A DNA stretch of 64,000 bases, taken from assembly GCF_009914755.1 (NCBI RefSeq), contig NC_060943.1, one strand, 5' to 3'. Under the pieces are notes generated by a model. That model made no database searches. It was not told where the DNA came from and saw only the letters and a program-made list of their open reading frames with translations. This DNA comes from the human T2T-CHM13v2.0 reference genome, Homo sapiens. This document shows positions 1 through 10,800 of this stretch, one piece after another; positions within the stretch are counted from its first letter, which is position 1, and every line of letters starts with the position of its first letter. The translations under genes and the position numbers were made by a program.

Positions 1-176
1 GACAGAATGATTCTCAGAAACTCCTTTGTGATGTGTGCGTTCAACTCACAGAGTTTAACCTTTCTTTTCATAGAGCAGTTAGGAAACACTCTGTTTGTAA
101 AGTCTGCAAGTGGATATTCAGAAATCTTTCAGGCTTTCGTTGGAAAAGGGATTTCTTCATATTCTGCTAGACAGAA

Positions 177-182
177 GAATTC
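177..182. other. EcoRI site defining the classical 340-bp EcoRI dimer (once per dimer)
   Basis: GAATTC within AGAAGAATTCTCAG. It is lost in a few units (e.g. ~14797, 41313, 45053, 46073, 47770) and gained as GTGAATTCAA in others (e.g. ~9383, 13464, 16184, 21624, 45761). Confidence 0.9.
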
Positions 183-475
183 TCAGAAAGTTCGTTGTGT
201 TGTGTGTTTTCAACTCACAGAGTTCAACGATCCTTTACACAGAGTAGACTTGAAACACCCTTTTTGTGGAATTGGCAGGGTGGAGATTTCAGCCGCTTTG
301 AGGTCAATGGTAGAATAGGAAATATCTTCGTATAAAAACTAGACAGAGTGATTCTCAGAAACTCCTTCGTGATGTCTGCGTTCATCTCACAGAGTTTAAC
401 CTTTCTTTTCATAGAGCAGTTAGGAAACACTCTGTTTGTAAAGTCTGCAAGTGGATATTCAGACCTCCTTGAGGC

Positions 476-492
476 CTTCGTTGGAAACGGGA
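476..492 (+). promoter_or_regulatory. CENP-B box (first intact example; recurs once per dimer, core-intact in roughly 85-90% of dimers)
   Basis: CTTCGTTGGAAACGGGA matches the canonical 17-bp box with core nTTCGnnnnAnnCGGGn. Common intact variants are TTTCGTTGGAAACGGGA and CTTCGTTGGAAGCGGGA. Confidence 0.96.
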
Positions 493-1020
493 TTTCTTCA
501 TATTCTGCTATACAGAAGAATTCTCAGAAACTTCCTTGTGTTGTGTGTATTCAACTCACAGAGTTGAACGATCGTTTACCCAGAGCAGACTTGAGACACT
601 CTTTTTTGGAATTTGTAAGTGGAGATTTCAGCCGCTTTGAGGTCAATGGTAGAAAAGGAAATATCTTCACATAAAAACTAGACAGAATGATTCTCAGAAA
701 CTCCTTTGTGATGTGTGCGATCAACTCACAGAGTTTAACCTTTCTTTTCATAGAGCAGGTAGGAAACACTCTGTTTGTAAAGTCTGCAAGTGGATATTCA
801 GACCTCCTTGAGGCCTTCGTTGGAAATGGGATTTCTACATATTATGCTAGACAGAAGAATTCTCAGTAACTTCCTTGTGTTGTGTGTATTCAACTCACAG
901 AGTTGAACGATCCTTTACACAGAGCAGACTTGAAACACTCTTTTTGTGGAATTTGCAAGAGGAGATTTCAGCCTCTTTGTGGTCAATGGTAGAATAGGAA
1001 ATATATTCCTATAGAAACTA

Positions 1021-1189
1021 GACAGAATGATTCTCAGAAACTCCTTTGTGATGTGTGCGTTCAACTCACAGAGTTTAACCTTTCTTTTAATAGAGCAGTT
1101 AGGAAACACTCTGTTTGTAAAGTCTGCAAGTGGATATTCAGACCTCCTTGAGGCCTTCGTTGGAAACGGGATTTCTTCCTATTATGCTA
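1021..1189 (+). repeat. Representative 169-bp B-type (CENP-B box) alpha monomer
   Basis: Runs from GACAGAATGATTC to the next GACAGAAGAATTC-equivalent position (here CACAGAAGAATTC) and contains CTTCGTTGGAAACGGGA. Confidence 0.9.
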
Positions 1190-1360
1190 CACAGAAGAAT
1201 TCTCAGTAACTTCCTTGTGTTGTGTGTATTCAACTCACAGAGTTGAACGATCCTTTACACAGAGCAGACTTGAAACACTCTTTTTGTGGAATTTGCAAGT
1301 GGAGATTTCAGCCGCTTTGAGTTCAATGGTAGAATAGGAAATATCTTCCTATAGAAACTA
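1190..1360 (+). repeat. Representative 171-bp A-type alpha monomer (no CENP-B box; pJalpha-type site at the homologous position)
   Basis: Homologous to the preceding monomer but carries TCAATGGTAGAATAGGAAAT in place of the CENP-B box. Alternating A/B monomers are established for SF1 dimers. Confidence 0.85.
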
Positions 1361-4300
1361 GACAGAATGATTCTCAGAAACTCCTTTGTGATGTGTGCGT
1401 TCAACTCACAGAGTTCAACCTTTCTTTTCATAGAGCAGTTGGGAAACACTCTGTTTGTAAAGTCTGCAAGTGGATATTCAGACTTCTTTGAGGCCTTCGT
1501 TGGAAGCGGGATTTCTTCATATTCTGCTAGACAGAAGAATTCTCAGTAACTTCCTTGTGTTGTGTGTATTCAACTCACAGAGTTGAACGATCCTTTACAC
1601 AGAGCAGACTTGAAACACTCTTTTTGTGGAATTTCCAATGGAGATTTCAGCCTCTTTGTGGTCAATGGTAGAATAGGAAATATCTTCCTATAGAAACTAG
1701 ACAGAATGATTCTCAGAAACTCCTTTGTGATGTGTGCGTTCAACTCACAGAGTTTAACCTTTCTTTTCATAGAGCAGTTAGGAAACACTCTGTTTGTAAA
1801 GTCTGCAAGTGGATATTCAGACATCCTTGAGGCTTTCGTTGGAAACAGGATTTCTTCATATTCTGCTAGAAAGAAGAATTCTCAGTAACTTCCTTGTGTT
1901 GTGTGTATTCAACTCACAGAGTTGAATGATCCTTTACACAGAACAGTCTTGAAACACTCTTTTTGTGGAATTTGCAAGTGGAGATTTCAGCCGCTTTGAG
2001 GTCAATGGTAGAATAGGAAATATCTTCCTATAGAAACTAGACAGAATGATTCTCAGAAACTCCTTTGTGATGTGTGCGTTCAACTCACAGAGTTTAACCT
2101 TTCTTTTCATAGAGCAGTTAGGAAACACTCTGTTTGTAAAGTCTGCAAGTGGATATTCAGACATCTTTGAGGCTTTCGTTGGAAACGGGATTTCTTCATA
2201 TTCTGCTAGACAGAAGAATTCTCAGTAACTTCCTTGTGTTGTGTGTATTCAACTCACAGATTTGAACGATCCTTTACACAGAGCAGACTTGAAACACTCT
2301 TTTTGTGGAATTTGCAAGTGGAGATTTCAGCCTCTTTGTGGTCAATGGTAGAATAGGAAATATATTCCTATAGAAACTAGACAGAATGATTCTCAGAAAC
2401 TCCTTTGTGATGTGTGCGTTCAACTCACAGAGTTTAACCTTTCTTTTAATAGAGCAGTTAGGAAACACTCTGTTTGTAAAGTCTGCAAGTGGATATTCAG
2501 ACCTCCTTGAGGCCTTCGTTGGAAACGGGATTTCTTCCTATTATGCTACACAGAAGAATTCTCAGTAACTTCCTTGTGTTGTGTGTATTCAACTCACAGA
2601 GTTGAACGATCCTTTACACAGAGCAGACTTGAAACACTCTTTTTGTGGAATTTGCAAGTGGAGATTTCAGCCGCTTTGAGTTCAATGGTAGAATAGGAAA
2701 TATCTTCCTATAGAAACTAGACAGAATGATTCTCAGAAACTCCTTTGTGATGTGTGCGTTCAACTCACAGAGTTCAACCTTTCTTTTCATAGAGCAGTTG
2801 GGAAACACTCTGTTTGTAAAGTCTGCAAGTGGATATTCAGACTTCTTTGAGGCCTTCGTTGGAAGCGGGATTTCTTCATATTCTGCTAGACAGAAGAATT
2901 CTCAGTAACTTCCTTGTGTTGTGTGTATTCAACTCACAGAGTTGAACGATCCTTTACACAGAGCAGACTTGAAACACTCTTTTTGTGGAATTTCCAATGG
3001 AGATTTCAGCCTCTTTGTGGTCAATGGTAGAATAGGAAATATCTTCCTATAGAAACTAGACAGAATGATTCTGAGAAACTCCTTTGTGATGTGTGCGTTC
3101 AACTCACAGAGTTTAACCTTTCTTTTCATAGAGCAGTTAGGAAACACTCTGTTTGTAAAGTCTGCAAGTGGATATTCAGACATCTTTGAGGCTTTCGTTG
3201 GAAACGGGATTTCTTCATATTCTGCTAGACAGAAGAATTCTCAGAAACTTCGTTGTGTTGTGTGTTTTCAACTCACAGAGTTCAACGATCCTTTACACAG
3301 AGTAGACTTGAAACACTCTTTTTGTGGAATTGGCAGGGTGGAGATTACAGCCGCTTTGAGGTCAATGGAAGAAAAGGAAATATCTTCGTATAAAAACTAG
3401 ACAGAGTGATTCTCAGAAACTCCTTAGTGATGTCTGCGTTCAACTCACAGAGTTTAACCTTTCTTTTCATAGAGCAGTTAGGAAACACTCTGTTTGTAAA
3501 GTCTGCAAGTGGATATTCAGACCTCCTTGAGGCCTTCGTTGGAAACGGGATTTCTTCATATTCTGCTATACAGAAGAATTCTCAGAAACTTCCTTGTGTT
3601 GTGTGTATTCAACTCACAGAGTTGAACGTTCGTTTACACAGAGCAGACTTGAGACACTCTTTTTGTGGAATTTGTAAGAGGAGATTTCAGCCGCTTTGAG
3701 GTCAATGGTAGAAAAGGAAATATCTTCATATAAAAACTAGACAGAATGATTCTCAGAAACTCCTTTGTGATGTGTGCGTTCAACTCACAGAGTTTAACCT
3801 TTCTTTTCATAGAGCAGTTAGGAAACACTCTGTTTGTAAAGTCTGCAAGTGGATATTCAGACATCTTTGAGGCTTTCGTTGGAAACGGGATTTCTTCATA
3901 TTCTGCTAGACAGAAGAATTCTCAGAAACTTCGTTGTGTTGTGTGTTTTCAACTCACAGAGTTGAACGATCCTTTACACAGAGTAGACTTGAAACACTCT
4001 TTTTGTGGAATTTGCAAGTGGAGATTTCAGCCGCTTTGAGGTCAATGGTAGAAAAGGAAATATCTTCGTATAAAAACTAGACAGAATGATTCTGAGAAAC
4101 TCCTTTGTGATGTGTGCGTTCACCTCACAGAGTTTAACCTTTCTTTTCATAGAGCAGTTAGGAAACACTCTGTTTGTAAAGTCTGCAAGTGGATATTGAG
4201 ACCTCCTTGAGGCCTTCGTTGGAAACGGGATTTCTTCATATTATGCTAGACAGAAGAATTCTCAGTAACTTCCTTGTGTAGTGTGTATTCAACTCACAGA

Positions 4301-7300
4301 GTTGAACGATCCTTTACACAGAGCAGACTTGAAACACTCTTTTTGTGAAATTTGCAAGTGGAGATTTCAGCCGCTTTGTGGTCAATGGTAGAATAGGAAA
4401 TATCTTCCTATAGAAACTAGACAGAATGATTCTCAGAAACTCCTTTGTGATGTGTGCGTTCAACTCACAGAGTTTAACCTTTCTTTTCATAGAGCAGTTA
4501 GGAAACACTCTGTTTGTAAAGTCTGCAAGTGGATATTCAGACATCCTTGAGGCTTTCGTTGGAAACGGGATTTCTTCATATTCTGCTAGAAAGAAGAATT
4601 CTCAGTAACTTCCTTGTGTTGTGTGTATTCAACTCACAGAGTTGAACGATCCTTTACACAGAGCAGACTTGAAACACTCTTTTTGTGGAATTTGCAAGTG
4701 GAGATTTCAGCCGCTTTGAGGTCAATGGTAGAATAGGAAATATCTTCCTATAGAAACTAGACAGAATGATTCTGAGAAACTCCTTTGTGATGTGGGCGTT
4801 CAACTCACAGAGTTTAACCTTTCTTTTCATAGAGCAGTTAGGAAACACACTGTTTGTAAAGTCTGCAAGTGGATATTCAGACCTCCTTGAGGTCTTCGTT
4901 GGAAACGGGATTTCTTCATATTATGCTAGACAGAAGAATTCTCAGTAACTTCCTTGTGTTGTGTGTATTCAACTCAGAGAGTTGAACGATCCTTTACACA
5001 GAGCAGAGTTGAAACACTGTTTTTGTGGAATTTGCAAGTGGAGATTTCAGCCGCTTTGAGGTCAATGGTAGAATAGGAAATTTCTTCCTATAGAAACTAG
5101 AGAGAATGATTCTCAGAAACTCCTTTGTGATGTGTGCGTTCAACTCACAGAGTTTAACCTTTCTTTTCATAGAGCAGTTAGGAAACACTCTGTTTGTAAA
5201 GTCTGCAAGTGGATATTCAGACCTCTTTGAGGCCTTCGTTGGAAACGGGATTTCTTCATATTATGCTAGACAGAAGAATTCTCAGTAACTTCCTTGTGTT
5301 GTGTGTATTCAACTCACAGAGTTGAACGATCCTTTACACAGAGCAGACTTGAAACACTCTTTTTGTGGAATTTGCAAGTGGAGATTTCAGCCGCTTTGAG
5401 GTCAATGGTAGAATAGGAAATATCTTCCTATAGAAACTAGACAGAATGATTCTGAGAAACTCCTTTGTGATGTGTGCGTTCAACTCACAGACTTTAACCT
5501 TTCTTTCATAGAGCAGTTAGGAAACACTCTGTTTGTAAAGTCTGCAAGTGGATATTCAGACCTCCTTGAGGCCTTCGTTGGAAACGGGATTTCTTCATAT
5601 TATGCTAGACAGAAGAATTCTCAGTAACTTCCTTGTGTTGTGTGTATTCAACTCACAGAGTTGAATGATCCTTTACACAGAACAGTCTTGAAACACTCTT
5701 TTTGTGGAATTTGCAAGAGGAGATTTCAGCTGCTTTGAGGTCAATGGTAGAATAGGAAATATCTTCCTATAGAAACTAGACAGAATGATTCTCAGAAACT
5801 CCTTTGTGATGTGGGCGTTCAACTCACAGAGTTTAACCTTTCTTTTCATTGAGCAGTTAGGAAACACTCTGTTTGTAAGATTGCAAGTGGATATTCAGAC
5901 ATCTTTGAGGCTTTCGTTGGAAACGGGATTTCTTCATATTCTGCTATACAGAAGAATTCTCAGTAACTTCCTTGTGTTGTGTGTATTCAACTCACAGAGT
6001 TGAACGATCCTTTACACAGAGCAGACTTGAAACACTCTTTTTATGGAATTTGCAAGTTTAGATTTCAGCCGCTTTGAGGTCAATGGTAGAAAAGGAAATA
6101 TCTTCGTATAAAAACTAGACAGAATGATTCTCAGAAACTCCTTTGTGATGTGTGCATTCAACTCACAGAGTTTAACCTTTCTTTTCATAGAGCAGTTAGG
6201 AAACACTCTGTTTGTAAAGTCTGCAATTGGATATTCAGACCTCCTTGAGGCCTTCGTTGGAAACGGGATTTCTTCATATTATGCTAGACAGAAGAATTCT
6301 CAGTAAAATCCTTGTGTTGTGTGTATTCAACTCACAGAGTTGAACGATCCTTTACACAGAGCAGACTTGAAACACTCTTTTTGTGGAATTTGCAAGTGGA
6401 GATTTCAGCTGCTTTGAGGTCAATGGTAGAATAAGAAATATCTTCCTATAGAAACTAGACAGAATGATTCTGAGAAACTCCTTTGTGATGTGTGCGTTCA
6501 ACTCACAGAGTTTAACCTTTCTTTTCATAGAGCAGTTAGGAAACACTCTGTTTGTAAAGTCTGCAAGTGGATATTCAGACCTCCTTGAGGTCTTCGTTGG
6601 AAACGGGATTTCTTCCTATTATGCTAGACAGAAGAATTCTCAGTAACTTCCTTGTGTTGTGTGTATTCAACTCAGAGAGTTGAACGATCCTTTACACAGA
6701 GCAGACTTGAAACACTCTTTTTGTGGAATTTGCAAGTGGAGATTTCAGCCGCTTTGAGGTCAATGGTAGAATAGGAAATATCTTCCTATAGAAACTAGAC
6801 AGAATGATTCTGAGAAACTCCTTTGTGATGTGTGCGTTCAACTCACAGAGTTTAACCTTTCTTTTCATAGAACAGTTAGGAAACACTCTGTTTGTAAAGT
6901 CTGCAAGTGGATATTCAGACCTCCTTGAGGCCTTCGTTGGAAACGGGATTTCTTCATATTATGCTAGACAGAAGAATTCTCAGTAACATCCTTGTGTTGT
7001 GTGTATTCAACTCACAGAGTTGAACGATCCTTTACACAGAGCAGACTTGAAACACTCTTTTTGTGGAATTTGCAAGTGGAGATTTCAGCCGCTTTGAGGT
7101 CAATGGTAGAATAGGAAATATCTTCCTATAGAAACTAGACAGAATGATTCTGAGAAACTCCTTTGTGATGTGTGCGTTCAACTCACAGAGTTTAACCTTT
7201 CTTTCATAGAGCAGTTAGGAAACACTCTGTTTGTAAAGTCTGCAAGTGGATATTCAGACCTCCTTGAGGCCTTCGTTGGAAACGGGATTTCTTCATATTA

Positions 7301-7819
7301 TGCTAGACAGAAGAATTCTCAGTAACTTCCTTGTGTTGTGTGTATTCAACTCACAGAGTTGAACGATCCTTTACACAGAGCAGACTTGAAACACTCTTTT
7401 TGTGGAATTTGCAAGTGGAGATTTCAGCCGCTTTGAGTTCAATGGTAGAATAGGAAATATCTTCCTATAGAAACTAGACAGAATGATTCTCAGAAACTCC
7501 TTTGGGATGTGTGCGTTCAACTCACAGAGTTCAACCTTTCTTTTCATAGAGCAGTTGGGAAACACTCTGTTTGTAAAGTCTGCAAGTGCATATTCAGACT
7601 TCTTTGAGGCCTTCTTTGGAAGCGGGATTTCTTCATATTCTGCTAGACAGAAGAATTCTCAGTAACTTCCTTGTGTTGTGTGTATTCAACTCACAGAGTT
7701 GAACGATCCTTTACACAGAGCAGACTTGAAACACTCTTTTTGTGGAATTTGCAAGTGGAGATTTCAGCCGCTTTGAGGTCAATGGTAGAATAGGAAATAT
7801 CTTCCTATAGAAACTAGAC

Positions 7820-10800
7820 AGAATGATTCTCAGAAACTCCTTTGTGATGTGTGCGTTCAACTCACAGAGTTTAACCTTTCTTTTCATAGAGCAGTTAGGA
7901 AACACTCTGTTTGTAAAGTCTGCAAGTGGATATTCAGACATCCTTGAGGCTTTCGTTGGAAACGGGATTTCTTCATATTCTGCTAGACAGAAGAATTCTC
8001 AGAAACTTCGTTGTGTTGTGTGTTTTCAAATCACAGAGTTCAACGATCCTTTACACAGAGTAGACTTGAAACACTCTTTTTGTGGAATTGGCAGGGTGGA
8101 GATTTCAGCCGCTTTGAGGTCAATGGTAGAAAAGGAAATATCTTCGTATAAAAACTAGACAGAGTGATTCTCAGAAACTCCTTTGTGATGTCTGCGTTCA
8201 ACTCACAGAGTTTAACCTTTCTTTTCATAGAGCAGTTAGGAAACACTCTGTTTGTAAAGTCTGCAAGTGGATATTCAGACCTCCTTGAGGCCTTCGTTGG
8301 AAACGGGATTTCTACATATTATGCTAGACAGAAGAATTCTCAGTAACTTCCTTGTGTTGTGTGTATTCAACTCACAGAGTTGAACGATCCTTTACACAGA
8401 GCAGACTTGAAACACTCTTTTTGTGGAATTTGCAAGTGGAGATTTCAGCCTCTTTGAGGTCAATGGTAGAATAGGAAATATCTTCCCATAGAAACTAGAC
8501 AGAATGATTCTGAGAAACTTCTTTGTGATGTGTGCGTTCAACTCACAGAGTTTAACCTTTCTTTTCATAGAGCAGTTAGGAAACACTCTGTTTGTAAAGT
8601 CTGCAAGTGGATATTCAGACCTCCTTGAGGCCTTCGTTGGAAATGGGATTTCTTCCTATTAGGCTAGACAGAAGAATTCTCAGTAACTTCCTTGTGTTGT
8701 GTGTATTCAACTCACAGAGTTGAATGATCCTTTACACAGAGCAGACTTGAAACACTCTTTTTGTGGAATTTGCAAGTGGAGATTTCAGCCGCTTTGAGTT
8801 CAATGGTAGAATAGGAAATATCTTCCTATAGAAACTAGACAGAATGATTCTCAGAAACTCCTTTGTGATGTGTGCGTTCAACTCACAGAGTTCAACCTTT
8901 CTTTTCATAGAGCAGTTGGGAAACAGTCTGTTTGTAAAGTCTGCAAGTGGATATTCAGACTTCTTTGAGGCCTTCGTTGGAAGCGGGATTTCTTCATATT
9001 CTGCTAGACAGAAGAATTCTCAGTAACTTCCTTGTGTTGTGTGTATTCAACTCACAGAGTTGAACGATCCTTTACACAGAGCAGACTTGAAACACTCTTT
9101 TTGTGGAATTTGCAAGTGGAGATTTCAGCCGCTTTGAGGTCAATGGTAGAATAGGAAATATCTTCCTATAGAAACTAGACAGAATGATTCTCAGAAACTC
9201 CTTTGTGATGTGTGCGTTCAACTCACAGAGTTTAACCTTTCTTTTCATAGAGCAGTTAGGAAACACTCTGTTTGTAAAGTCTGCAAGTGGATATTCAGAC
9301 ATCCTTGAGGCTTTCGTTGGAAACGGGATTTCTTCATATTCTGCTAGAAAGAAGAATTCTCAGTAACTTCCTTGTGTTGTGTGAATTCAACTCACAGAGT
9401 TGAATGATCCTTTACACAGAACAGTCTTGAAACACTCTTTTTGTGGAATTTGCAAGTGGAGATTTCAGCCGCTTTGAGGTCAATGGTAGAATAGGAAATA
9501 TCTTCCTATAGAAACTAGACAGAATGATTCTCAGAAACTCCTTTGTGATGTGGGCGTTCAACTCACAGAGTTTAACCTTTCTTTTCATAGAGCAGTTAGG
9601 AAACACTCTGTTTGTAAAGTCTGCAAGTGGATATTCAGACATCTTTGAGGCTTTCGTTGGAAACGGGATTTCTTCATATTCTGCTATACAGAAGAATTCT
9701 CAGAAACTTCCTTGTGTTGTGTGTATTCAACTCATAGAGTTGAACGATCGTTTACACAGAGCAGACTTGAGACACTCTGTTTGTGGAATTTGTAAGTGGA
9801 GATTTCAGCCGCTTTGAGGTCAATGGTAGAAAAGGAAATATCTTCATATAAAAACTAGACAGAATGATTCTCAGAAACTCCTTTGTGATGTGTGCGTTCA
9901 ACTCACAGAGTTTAACCTTTCTTTTCATAGAGCAGTTAGGAAACACTCTGTTTGTAAAGTCTGCAAGTGGATACTCAGACCTCTTTGAGGCCTTCGTTGG
10001 AAACGGGATTTCTTCATATTATGCTAGACAGAAGAATTCTCAGTAACTTCCTTGTGTTGTGTGTATTCAACTCACAGAGTTGAACGATCCTTTACACAGA
10101 GCAGACTTGAAACACTCTTTTTGTGGAATTTGCAAGTGGAGATTTCAGCCGCTTTGAGGTCAATGGTAGAAAAGGAAATATCTTCGTATAAAAACTAGAC
10201 AGAATGATTCTCAGAAACTCCTTTGTGATGTGTGCATTCAACTCACAGAGTTTAACCTTTCTTTTCATAGAGCAGTTAGGAAACACTCTGTTTGTAAAGT
10301 CTGCAAGTGGATATTCAGACCTCCTTGAGGCCTTCGTTGGAAACGGGATTTCTTCATATTATGCTAGACAGAAGAATTCTCAGTAACTTCCTTGTGTTGT
10401 GTGTATTCAACTCACAGAGTTGAACGATCCTTTACACAGAGCAGACTTGAAACACTCTTTTTGTGGAATTTGCAAGTGGAGATTTCAGCCGCTTTGAGGT
10501 CAACGGTAGAATAGGTAATATCTTCCTATAGAAACTAGACAGAATGATTCTCAGAAACTCCTTTGTGATGTGTGCGTTCAACTCACAGAGTTTAACCTTT
10601 CTTTTCATAGAGCAGTTAGGAAACACTCTGTTTGTAAAGTTTGCAAGAGGATATTCAGACCTCCTTGAGGTCTTCGTTGGAAACGGGCTTTCTTCATATT
10701 ATGCTAGACAGAAGAATTCTCAGTAACTTCCTTGTGTTGTGTGTATTCAACTCAGAGAGTTGAACGATCCTTTACACAGAGCAGACTTGAAACACTCTTT

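Larger units (their letters stand above)
960..3060 (+). repeat. Local duplication of a ~2-dimer block at offset 1359 bp (4 dimers minus 1 bp)
   Basis: Rare markers ATATATTCC, TTTTAATAG, GCTACACAG and the 1-bp-deletion allele TTTCCAATGG occur at ~1000-1640 and again at ~2360-3000. Confidence 0.85.

Noticed and set aside
325-340. TATA-like TATAAAAA in minority A monomers as a promoter
   Set aside because: It is an ordinary alpha-satellite allele in AT-rich sequence. Centromeric transcription exists, but nothing here supports a specific promoter.
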